From assembly GCA_963823335.1 (NCBI GenBank), contig CAWGLD010000001.1:768001-832000 (forward strand): a DNA stretch of 64,000 nucleotides. Direction: 5' to 3'. Of this stretch, positions 41,146 to 49,756 are shown piece by piece. Source of the stretch: an uncultured delta proteobacterium. GTDB lineage: Bacteria; Desulfobacterota; Desulfobacteria; Desulfobacterales; B30-G6. The notes below the pieces were generated by a model that worked only from the letters and a program-made list of their open reading frames with translations, searched no databases and was not told the origin of the DNA. Made by a program: the position numbers and the translations under genes. Every line of letters begins with the position of its first letter. Position 1 is the first letter of the stretch.

Positions 41146-41619
41146 TTAAACATCCTCCTCTGTATCAACGGACTCATCATCGGCCACTTTCAAAGAGGAT
41201 TTCAAGTTTTTGATCAGCTGTTTATCTTCATAGTCATCATCGATTTCGTCATCCAGAATATCGTCAAGCCCTTCTTCTTCAGCCTCGATATCTTCTTCAG
41301 GTTCTTCGGTGATGGCCTCTTTTTCGAAGAGCTCTTTGTCGTCAAACATGATTTCGATGGATTGTTCATCCCCGGAATCATAGAGCGACACTACCGCTGA
41401 TGCAATTTTGCTGACAATAGCGCTGGGTGGATACATGTTGCGTGTTCGCAATGCCCTGATGAGGGCAGCCGAGCCATTTTGGATAGCGGATACAACCCAG
41501 GCATCATCATACGATTCTTCACAAAGAAGTGACAGAATTTCTTTGTCGAGTTCTGCATACTCCTTGATGATGAGTCTTTGGTTATCGGTGTCCTTGTGTA
41601 TGGTATATTGTTGCTTCAT
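41146..41619 (-). CDS. Hypothetical protein with acidic C-terminus
   Basis: 157-aa ORF with plausible RBS; D/E-rich tail. Confidence 0.7.
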   Translation of the reverse strand: MKQQYTIHKDTDNQRLIIKEYAELDKEILSLLCEESYDDAWVVSAIQNGSAALIRALRTRNMYPPSAIVSKIASAVVSLYDSGDEQSIEIMFDDKELFEKEAITEEPEEDIEAEEEGLDDILDDEIDDDYEDKQLIKNLKSSLKVADDESVDTEEDV

Positions 41620-41689
41620 CTACCGTCCCCTTTTGTGGTTATACTCGATGCCTTTGGTTATAAAAAATCTGCCTCATTACAGGTAATTA

Positions 41690-41761
41690 CAGAACCCTGC
41701 AGCATGCGAAACACTGCCGCACGGCAGAACCTGCGAGGAATATGTCCGCTATTTCGGTTCA
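41690..41761 (+). repeat. TTGAAG...CGGTTCA modular repeat, copy 5 (variant)
   Basis: Contains a CTGCCGCACGGCAG module inside the main hairpin and ends GCTATTTCGGTTCA. Confidence 0.65.
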
Positions 41762-41862
41762 GACCCAACGAACCCCGGAAATCATATATCGAATGCCATG
41801 TCAATATCCAAATAAAATATTGACCCAGTTTTTTCAAAATGCTATCCATGCGACTCACGTTG

Positions 41863-41948
41863 GGAGGGATGGCCGAGTGGTTGAAGGCGGCGGTCTTGAA
41901 AACCGTTGAGCGAAAGCTCCGTGGGTTCGAATCCTACTCCCTCCGCCA
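41863..41948 (+). tRNA. tRNA-Ser(TGA)
   Basis: GGAGGGA acceptor, anticodon loop CTTGAAA, long variable arm, GGTTCGAATCC, GCCA end. Confidence 0.95.
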
Positions 41949-42024
41949 AGAAATTCCATAGGATTGAATTTCACTTTTAGCTGATAGCAAGTAGCTGGTA
42001 GCTGTTGGTTGCGGGCAGGTCGGC

Positions 42025-42150
42025 ATGAAATTTCGTTTTAAAGAATTCAGGGTCTACCAAGAAGCCAAGGAATACTGTTTATTTTGTCGGAATATTACCT
42101 CAACACAGATTGAAAAAATCGATAGGAATCTGGCAAGCCAAATAGCTAGA
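42025..42150 (+). pseudogene. Four-helix-bundle protein N-terminal fragment
   Basis: MKFRFKEFRVYQEAKEY...LASQIAR, preceded by TAGCTGA-type heptamer repeats and truncated before the tRNA. Confidence 0.5.
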
Positions 42151-42175
42151 GTGTATGCTGATTCATCAGCATCCA

Positions 42176-42269
42176 GGAGAGATGGCCGAGCCGGCTGAAG
42201 GCGCTCGCCTGCTAAGCGAGTGTGGGGGGAAACTTGCCACCGAGGGTTCGAATCCCTCTCTCTCCGCCA
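42176..42269 (+). tRNA. tRNA-Ser(GCT)
   Basis: GGAGAGA acceptor, CTCGC-CTGCTAA-GCGAG anticodon arm, long variable arm, GCCA end. Confidence 0.95.
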
Positions 42270-42282
42270 TATCAATACAGTT

Positions 42283-42316
42283 AGGCCTCCTTTTAACAAG
42301 GGAGGCCTTTCTTTTT
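42283..42316 (+). terminator. Intrinsic terminator after tRNA-Ser(GCT)
   Basis: AGGCCTCCTT...AGGGAGGCCT followed by a T-rich run. Confidence 0.7.
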
Positions 42317-42441
42317 GGTGGGCTGATTTATCCAAATCGTTATAAAAATCGTTATAATGCGCTTCGGAAATCGGTGTTTGGGGATTGTTTCAACGGGTGT
42401 GGCTTGAGAAGGGAATTATTGCCTGTCAGTCCTCGAAACTG

Positions 42442-42582
42442 TGAACCGAAATAGCGAGCGCATTCCCCGTAGGTTCTGCCGTTCGGCAGTGCTTCGCATG
42501 CTGCGGGGTTAGCGAGCGAATCTAAATTAGACAGAATTCCTTACGGCGAAGATTCCTCGTAGCTTGCTGCGAGGTTCTTCAA
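42442..42582 (-). repeat. TTGAAG...CGGTTCA modular repeat, copy 6 (longest, inverted)
   Basis: TGAACCG...CTCGTAGCTTGCTGCGAGGTTCTTCAA containing all modules. Confidence 0.75.
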
Positions 42583-42640
42583 TAATTTTGTCTACGATCC
42601 TCATACGGGTCGAAAGCTTCAGTAAAGCGACTTCCGATTC

Positions 42641-43405
42641 TCAGATGCGCAGGTCGTATATGTTTCGAAGCAATTCAACGATCTCGTCGAAGTTGCTGCC
42701 ACCAAGCCCAAACGGTTTTAAAGTTGGAGGCGGGTCGGCTATCACCGCCTCCACAAAGCGTCGCATGTCACCTTTGATTACTTTCGGCAGGGTAATACGT
42801 TTGTCTGGTTCAATTACTTGGAAAAGCCGAAAGACATCGTTTTTATGTTTCTTGATGTCATTTCGATCAACCTTTTCGCCCGCATCTCTCCTTTCGGTGA
42901 GATCCAACCAAGCCCTTGCCTTTAAAGGGACAATTATTTCCGGAGGAACTGTTGGAATGCCATTGATATCAATTTTGGAGTCGTGAATGAAGTCGTAATA
43001 GCCGTCGTCCAACAAAATCGCTGAAAGACTTGACAGATCCTCATCCACCGGGATGGGGGTCAAATGGGCATCATCGGATAGTTTCAATACATCTGGAATG
43101 CGGGAAAAAAGCTCCAACATATATGGGAATGCTGCATCCTCGGGATCGAAAAACCGGTAAAACAGCTTTTTCCCAGTGCTCTTCTGAGTATTTTTGTACT
43201 TTCCCCTTTCAACAAAAGCCCAAAATGCTTTTGCAAATTTGGCGTCCAACGCCTCCACGCATAAAACGATATCAAGGTCCTTTGTAGCCCTGAAATCCAA
43301 ACCAGCCTCGTCCAAAGCAAGAAAACAGGCGGCACCGCCAATCAGGACATACCGATCATTGAATGCCTCAAAATGTGCTTTAAACTGGTCGATCCCTTTT
43401 ACCAT
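42641..43405 (-). CDS. Nucleotidyltransferase-fold protein (AbiEii-like toxin candidate)
   Basis: LIGGAA...RATKDLD, LKARAW, KHKNDVFRL. Confidence 0.7.
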   Translation of the reverse strand: MVKGIDQFKAHFEAFNDRYVLIGGAACFLALDEAGLDFRATKDLDIVLCVEALDAKFAKAFWAFVERGKYKNTQKSTGKKLFYRFFDPEDAAFPYMLELFSRIPDVLKLSDDAHLTPIPVDEDLSSLSAILLDDGYYDFIHDSKIDINGIPTVPPEIIVPLKARAWLDLTERRDAGEKVDRNDIKKHKNDVFRLFQVIEPDKRITLPKVIKGDMRRFVEAVIADPPPTLKPFGLGGSNFDEIVELLRNIYDLRI

Positions 43406-44377
43406 TCAACTTGCTCCATCATGTCTTCCAGTGCAGATTGGACCCGTTCGTCTTCATCCTCCCTCATGCTTAAAAAGAGGGAGAAGCGATCCACCACCCC
43501 CTTTTCCCCAAACAGCTGTCGGGGAATAACTCCAAATTTCAAGTTCACTGGCATTGGGTTCGGCAATATCCAGGATCATTACATCATCGTTAGTTTTAAC
43601 TTTTTTCCACCGGTTCCCTTCCAAGGCCAGCACCGGGTTTACCGGCTCCGCCAAATTGGAATAGTGCGCCAGAGCGGACAGGCCTGCTTTCACCCCAAAG
43701 GTCTTGTTGGAAAAGGTCTTTACCCATAATCTTTTTTTAACCGGGCTGCGCAGTCGTTCGAGCGCGGTTTCCCAAACCTGTTTCTTGTCCCGATTAAAAC
43801 GCAGAACCCGCTCACGGCCTTCCATGACGATTGTGCCCAGTCCCACGCCATCCAATTCATTCAATGCGCGGGTCATCGTCATGATGCTATAGCCAAGCGC
43901 ATTGGCCAACGCCTTTGGCGTTAAGCGACGTTGACCGTTTTGGGATAAATAATACAATACAACCACTTGAGTAGATGGGCTAAAGCTTGCCTCCGTTTCC
44001 CGGATGTTTTTGAAATGCTCGCGCAGATCGATGCCAAGAAATGGAAGATACATTTGGTTCAAAGGAACAATGAAAGGTATCTTATACTGGATTAGCCGCT
44101 TGCGATTATATGAGGTCACTTTCTGCTGTACATATATCACCTCATCTTGCCACTTTTTTCGGACTTGGAGCATATGCTTCTGGATTGTTGCAGGGGTTTG
44201 CTCTGCCCTGTCCTTGGCCGCCATTATCAGGCAGGGCAACCCTAAAATACATACTTCAAGAAAAACATACATATTCCGAAGGAATATCGGCAGAGTCTCC
44301 GGCCATTGTTTTGGTCGCACATCGATATCCAGTGTTTCTTTCAGATAGCGCTTAAAGTTGGTTACAAGCTGATCCAT
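43399..44377 (-). CDS. HTH-containing protein (AbiEi/MarR-like antitoxin candidate); +1 frameshift near 43520
   Basis: TPKALANALGYSIMTMTRALNEL HTH; the shifted frame gives QLFGEKGVVDRFSLFLS...DERVQSALEDMMEQVEW*, overlapping the next ATG. Confidence 0.7.
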
Positions 44378-45037
44378 GATCACATCCTAATAACAATTTT
44401 TATGCACACTAACATACTATATGTTATCGTGCAACATAAATGTTAACCAGCTTGTTTTCTAAGGGGTTGGTGAAGAGTGGGATCACTATTACTATTTTAC
44501 TGCTATGGCCTATAAGTGCACCCAATTGATTAGAAAGGAACAATTCCAGTTATTTTTACACAGATTCCGCTCTGTTATGAAATCTTCCTTTTGGGTTAAA
44601 TTGTCATTCTGATGATATGAAGAATTACAATTTGACTCTAAAATGAATTCTAAAAAGCAAAGAAATAATAATAAGATAGACAAATTCATCAATTGTGGAA
44701 GGTCTACTGTGTTGGTGAATATTTATACATGGTAGGTATTTTGCCCCACACTATCTCCAGGTGCCAAACACACACACTTTCCGTTTTCTTTATTTCTGAT
44801 TGAACAACACAATAATTTCGGACAGAAATCGTTATAAAAATCGTTATAATCAGATCTCAAAACAGGCAAGATCTTGAAAGTTGCTGAAAGTTGACATTCG
44901 CCAGAGACCCGCTAATAGCAGGTTTCCGGCGATATTTCATTTATTTCGAAATTTCCGATCCTCGCCTGCTAAGCGAGTGTGGGGGGAAACTTCCACCGAG
45001 GGTTCGAATCCCTCTCTCTCCGCCATTTTTTATTGAA

Positions 45038-45068
45038 ACGGGTCCCGATAACGGGGCCCGTTTTTTTT
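45038..45068 (+). terminator. Terminator after the displaced tRNA 3' fragment
   Basis: AACGGGTCCCG-ATAA-CGGGGCCCGTT plus a T run. Confidence 0.7.
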
Positions 45069-45190
45069 GTTAGCGCTTGCAATAATCCAACAGGTTTATG
45101 ATACTGTGATCAAATATCAGTTCGGTATTTGATCACAGTATCATTCCAATATCGGCAACAATCTTATATCCAACAAGACAGGAGACGTGA

Positions 45191-47341
45191 ATGGATCAAC
45201 TGGATGCCATATTTTCACCCAAATCACTCGCCGTTGTGGGTGCATCCACAACACCCGGCAAGGTGGGGCACGACATTTTTGTCAATATATTGAATGGCAA
45301 GTATACCGGCACACTGTACCCGGTGAATCCAAAAGCCCGTTCGGTGGCCTGCGTGAAGGCCTATCCGACCCTTACGGACATCCCGGATGACATCGATCTG
45401 GCCATGATTATCCTGCCGCCCCACCTGGCACTGAAATCCACCCAAGACGCCATCTCCAAAGGCGTCAAGGGAATCGTCATCGTGTCGGCCGGGTTTCGCG
45501 AAGTGGGAGGTGAAGGGCTGGAGATCGAGAACAAGATTGTGGCCCTCTGTAAGGAGGCGGGTGTGCGGATGATCGGCCCCAACTGCCTGGGGGTTATCAA
45601 CCCGAATCCCGACATACGGCTCAATGCCAGCTTTTCAGCACGAATGCCAGAATCAGGCAATGTCTCGTTCATCTCCCAGAGTGGCGCGCTCTGCACGGCG
45701 GTGCTGGATTTTGCCGCCGACCGGGACTTTGGTTTTTCCAAGTTTATCTCCATCGGGAACAAAGCAGATGTGGATGAACTCGACCTGCTGCGTTATCTGC
45801 ATGCCGACCAGGAAACGGAAGTCATCATGATATACCTGGAAGAGCTAAGGCACGGCGCCGAATTCGTGGACACCGTCAAGATGATCACATCGGGTGACAC
45901 CCCCAAACCTGTCCTGGTGATCAAATCCGGTCGCACTGGGGCCGGCGCCAAAGCCGCTGCATCCCATACCGGGGCCCTGGCCGGCACCGAAGCGGTCTAT
46001 GACGCCATCTTCCAGCAGTCCGGCATCATTCGTGTGGAAAGTATCGATGAGTTGTTCGATTTTGCAACGGCTTTTGCCTATAAGGACGAAAGTGCTCTGG
46101 GCAAGCGTCGTCGAAAAGTACCCCATGGCAACCGTGTGGCCATTGTAACCAACGCCGGTGGTCCGGGTATCGTGGCCACAGACGTCACCGTGTCATCGGG
46201 GCTTCAGTTGTCGCAACTGAGTCAGGACACCTTGGAGGCGCTCGCCAGCCACCTGCCTTCGACCGCCAATATCAACAATCCTGTGGACATCATCGGTGAT
46301 GCTGCCCAGGACCGCTATGAAAACGCTTTGTCAGCTGTCATTCGGGATGAGAATGTCGACGGCGCCCTGGTGATTCTGACCCCCCAGTCAATGACCAACG
46401 CCCTGGCCACAGCAGAAGCCATCGTCCGTATCGCCAGCCGTTCTCACAAACCGGTTCTTTGCTGTTTCATGGGAATCATCGATGTGTCGGCAGGTGTAAA
46501 ATATCTCCAGGAACACGGCATCCCGGTCTTCAAGTTCCCTGAAAATGCAGCCAAGGCTTTTGGTGCCCTCTATCGATACGCCAAATGGCTGAACCGTCAA
46601 ATCCTGGCACCCTTTCAACTCAAACACGACCGGAATCGTGCTACAGAATTGATCCAGACATTTATCGACCAGGGCCTGACCCATGTGGGCGAAAGGGAAG
46701 GGCTCGAGCTGCTCAAGTGCTATGGATTCAACACCCTTGAAACACAGCTTACCACAACTGCATCGGACGCTGCCGGTGCGGCAGAAAAAATGGGTTTCCC
46801 GGTGGTAATGAAAATCGTTTCTCCCCAGATCATTCACAAATCAGATGCCGGGGGCGTCAAAGTGGGCTTGGAAACCCGCACGGCCGTCGAAAGGGCCTTC
46901 GAAACCATCGTTGCCAATGCAAAAAACTACCAGAGCGATGTGAAAATTACCGGTGTGCTGGTCCAGAAACTGGCGCCCCGGGGCGAGGAGGTAATTCTGG
47001 GCATGAATCGCTATCCAGTGTTTGGCCCGCTGATCATGTTCGGTCTGGGAGGCATTTTCGTGGAACTCTTTGCGGATGTCGTTTTTCGCCTGGCTCCGGT
47101 AAACCGGAATTCTGTACGCCGGATGATCCGGCAGATCAAGGGTTTCAAACTATTGAACGGATTCAGGGGTCGACCTATAACCGATCTGGAAGAAATCGAA
47201 AAATCCCTGGTGCGCCTCTCGGATATGGTGATCTCCCATCCGGAAATCCAGGAACTGGATATCAACCCGCTTATCACCCATGAAAAAGGTCGCGGTGCAA
47301 CCGTGGCGGATTGTCGGATGATTCTCAAGGCGATGCCATGA
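45191..47341 (+). CDS. ADP-forming acetate/acyl-CoA ligase (fused alpha-beta)
   Basis: AVVGAS, GPNCLG, SQSGA, ASHTGALAG phospho-His, TNAGGPG, HKSDAGGV, ELDINPL. Confidence 0.92.
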   Translation: MDQLDAIFSPKSLAVVGASTTPGKVGHDIFVNILNGKYTGTLYPVNPKARSVACVKAYPTLTDIPDDIDLAMIILPPHLALKSTQDAISKGVKGIVIVSAGFREVGGEGLEIENKIVALCKEAGVRMIGPNCLGVINPNPDIRLNASFSARMPESGNVSFISQSGALCTAVLDFAADRDFGFSKFISIGNKADVDELDLLRYLHADQETEVIMIYLEELRHGAEFVDTVKMITSGDTPKPVLVIKSGRTGAGAKAAASHTGALAGTEAVYDAIFQQSGIIRVESIDELFDFATAFAYKDESALGKRRRKVPHGNRVAIVTNAGGPGIVATDVTVSSGLQLSQLSQDTLEALASHLPSTANINNPVDIIGDAAQDRYENALSAVIRDENVDGALVILTPQSMTNALATAEAIVRIASRSHKPVLCCFMGIIDVSAGVKYLQEHGIPVFKFPENAAKAFGALYRYAKWLNRQILAPFQLKHDRNRATELIQTFIDQGLTHVGEREGLELLKCYGFNTLETQLTTTASDAAGAAEKMGFPVVMKIVSPQIIHKSDAGGVKVGLETRTAVERAFETIVANAKNYQSDVKITGVLVQKLAPRGEEVILGMNRYPVFGPLIMFGLGGIFVELFADVVFRLAPVNRNSVRRMIRQIKGFKLLNGFRGRPITDLEEIEKSLVRLSDMVISHPEIQELDINPLITHEKGRGATVADCRMILKAMP

Positions 47342-47437
47342 AAACGGACTGCAAACCCTGTTCTTCTATGAAACAGCGGCTTTCCATATGACCTGATGTT
47401 ATCGCAGATTTTTTTTCTTGTACCCTGAAAAAAAAAC

Positions 47438-47480
47438 TTGACATCTCTTCTGTCTGCGATATAGTTCATGCTATGAACCT
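47438..47480 (+). promoter_or_regulatory. Sigma70-like promoter with overlapping TAGTTC-N7-GAACCT palindrome
   Basis: TTGACA-16-TATAGT immediately before the MarR ATG; related palindrome at 47967-47985. Confidence 0.55.
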
Positions 47481-47952
47481 TACAAGAGAAACCAATCGAA
47501 ATCGTGCGTCAGACAATCAAATCGTTCAGTTTCAGGGACTTATAACCAAATTGTTTCAGTGCTGCCAGGAACGACTGCAGTACCAGTGTGAGCGGTTCGA
47601 ACTTCCGGACGCCGAGCTGCGCTGTCTGTCGCTGTTTGGTGAAGAGCGCTACCTGACACCCAAAGGGATTGCTTTGAAGATGAATCTCGTCAAAAGCAGG
47701 ATATCCAAGATCGTTTCTGGTCTGGTCCGGAAAGAATTGATCCAAAAATTTTCCGATCCTGAAGACTCCCGGGTTACCTTGTTGAGCCTGACCGCTAAAG
47801 GTCAAAACAAACTTAATGATATCAATGGCTTTTTAAATGACATGCACCTGGAGGTCTTACGACAGATGGAACCGGAGCAGCGTAAAACCATGATTACCAA
47901 TCTCGAACTCTTGAAAGCCTCCATGGAGTCTGTCAAGGAGCTCATGGTTTAA
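47473..47952 (+). CDS. MarR-family transcriptional regulator
   Basis: TPKGIALKMNLVKSRISKIVSGL HTH, DPEDSRVTLLSLTAKG wing. Confidence 0.9.
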   Translation: MNLTRETNRNRASDNQIVQFQGLITKLFQCCQERLQYQCERFELPDAELRCLSLFGEERYLTPKGIALKMNLVKSRISKIVSGLVRKELIQKFSDPEDSRVTLLSLTAKGQNKLNDINGFLNDMHLEVLRQMEPEQRKTMITNLELLKASMESVKELMV

Positions 47953-47966
47953 ATTTTTTGTGCTTA

Positions 47967-47985
47967 TAGTTCTCAATAAGAACTA
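47967..47985. promoter_or_regulatory. Putative MarR operator upstream of the dsrE2-like gene
   Basis: TAGTTC-TCAATAA-GAACTA perfect inverted repeat. Confidence 0.55.
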
Positions 47986-48065
47986 ATGTGCGAGGTTATT
48001 CTATTAACTATCTATTATTTAAATACAATTTTCGTTTATACTGCTAACAATTAAAGGAGGATAAC

Positions 48066-48611
48066 ATGTCGAACTTGGAAGAACAGGTTGCGCAGCTACA
48101 AGCCCAACTGGATGAAATGAAAAGCCAAACACCATCCAACAAGCTGGCCATGATCGTTTTCAGTGGTGACCTGGACAAGGCCCTGGCTGCCTTTATCATC
48201 GCCACCGGCGCCACAGCCATGGGTATGGAAGTGGTCATGTTTTTCACTTTCTGGGGGACCCCGATCCTGCGGGACAATAACAAAACCGTCGGTGGCAAGG
48301 ACACCATGGGTAAAATGTTCGGTGCCATGCTGCCAAAGGGTGCCGGAAAGGTCAAATTGTCCAAGATGAACATGGGTGGCATGGGAACCGCCATGATGAA
48401 ATCCCTGATGAAACAGAAAAACGTGGCCTCCTTGGAAGAGATGATTGCACTGGCGGAGGAGTTGGGGGTCAAAATCTACATTTGCGAAATGTCCATGGGC
48501 CTCATGGGATTCAAACGGGAGGAGATGATCGAATACGAAGGTGTCCAGTATGTCGGTGTGGCCACATTTCTGGCAGAGGCCGCGGACAGCAAAATTCAGC
48601 TGTTCCTGTAG
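48066..48611 (+). CDS. DsrE2/YrkE-like sulfurtransferase
   Basis: FSGDLDKA, FFTFWG, SKMNMGGMG, ICEMSM. Confidence 0.9.
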   Translation: MSNLEEQVAQLQAQLDEMKSQTPSNKLAMIVFSGDLDKALAAFIIATGATAMGMEVVMFFTFWGTPILRDNNKTVGGKDTMGKMFGAMLPKGAGKVKLSKMNMGGMGTAMMKSLMKQKNVASLEEMIALAEELGVKIYICEMSMGLMGFKREEMIEYEGVQYVGVATFLAEAADSKIQLFL

Positions 48612-48714
48612 CGCAACCCAGAACCTGAGAGCGACATAACTATTTCCAATATACACGTAGAACAATCACCTATAAAATCAACCAATAGAACACGCACACA
48701 ACAGGAGGTATATC

Positions 48715-48957
48715 ATGAGCGATGACATTAAAGTCGATAAATCACTGGATCTGAAAGGGCTGGCCTGCCCCATGCCGGTCGTCAAAGTCAGCAAGGGTAT
48801 CAAAGAAGTTGAAATAGGTCAGGTTATTGAAGCCGTAACCACCGACCCGGGCTCTTTGACCGATTTTCCTGCCTGGGCAAAAACCAGTGGAAACGAGATT
48901 CTCAAGAGTGAACAGGACGGCAACGAAATTAAATTTTATATTAAACGCAAAAAATAG
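48715..48957 (+). CDS. tusA: TusA-family sulfur carrier
   Basis: LDLKGLACPMP, TDPGSLTDFPAWA. Confidence 0.9.
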   Translation: MSDDIKVDKSLDLKGLACPMPVVKVSKGIKEVEIGQVIEAVTTDPGSLTDFPAWAKTSGNEILKSEQDGNEIKFYIKRKK

Positions 48958-49041
48958 CCCTGCATCTGAATGTTAAATTTTAGGTGTCCAGCTTTACCGA
49001 CAACAACGACGCATGACGAGTTCTAATACATAGGAGGTGTC

Positions 49042-49752
49042 TTGCAAACAATTTTTTACATCATTCTGGTACCCATGGTTTATTTTGCCGCTGCTGTCTT
49101 CGCCCTGGGATCACTTGTCCGGATCATCAGGATTTTCAAGGCGCCCAAGCACCCCACCACACTTCAAATCTATCCTGAGCAAAAAGCCAAATGGCTTGGG
49201 GCCCTGTATGATACATTCTTTTTTCCAACCGTTCGAAAACACAAGCCGGTTTTATGGATATTTCTAATCCTGTTCCATGCCGGGCTGCTATTGCTCTTTA
49301 TCGGTCATCTTGAATTGATCTGGGATCTGAACATATTTCAGATAATACCCCATGAACCGTTTCTCGGCAAAGGCTTTGTAGGTTTGACACTGGCGGTATC
49401 ACTGCTTTTCTTCCTGTTTCGCCGGTTTTCTTCTCCTGTCCGGGAACTGTCGGTGCCGGAAGACTACTATCTGCTCATCCTGCTGTTTTTGATTGTCCTG
49501 TTTGGAAGCCAGATGGATTGGGCCAGAAGATGGTATGACTATGGTGAACTCTCCCTGGAAGACTATCGGGTCTACTTTATGAGCCTGGTGACATTCAGAC
49601 CGGAACTGCCCTACAATGCAACGTTTTCAGGCCATTCCTTTATGCTGATACTGCATGTTTTTCTTGCCAATCTGTTTCTCATTTTTTTCCCGTTCAGCCA
49701 GAGCATGCACGCCTTTTTATCGTTGCCGATAAACAAACTGCGGAGAGGTTAA
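49042..49752 (+). CDS. NarI/DsrM-like di-haem cytochrome b membrane subunit
   Basis: Five TM segments; His pairs in FHAGLLLLFIGH and LHV...FPFSQSMH. Confidence 0.85.
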   Translation: MQTIFYIILVPMVYFAAAVFALGSLVRIIRIFKAPKHPTTLQIYPEQKAKWLGALYDTFFFPTVRKHKPVLWIFLILFHAGLLLLFIGHLELIWDLNIFQIIPHEPFLGKGFVGLTLAVSLLFFLFRRFSSPVRELSVPEDYYLLILLFLIVLFGSQMDWARRWYDYGELSLEDYRVYFMSLVTFRPELPYNATFSGHSFMLILHVFLANLFLIFFPFSQSMHAFLSLPINKLRRG

Positions 49753-49756
49753 ACCC

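Larger units (their letters stand above)
42204..45025. mobile_element. Genomic islet integrated in tRNA-Ser(GCT); no integrase gene
   Basis: tRNA 3' portion 42204-42269 repeated at 44961-45025; AAATCGTTATAAAAATCGTTATAAT near both ends (42334, 44826). Confidence 0.85.

Noticed and set aside
41863-41948. tRNA-Sec that could decode the hydrogenase UGA
   Set aside because: The anticodon is TGA (reads UCA, Ser), not TCA, and the acceptor stem is a normal 7 bp. No selC was seen in the window.
44961-45025. Third tRNA-Ser gene
   Set aside because: It lacks the 5' acceptor strand and D arm; it is the att duplication.
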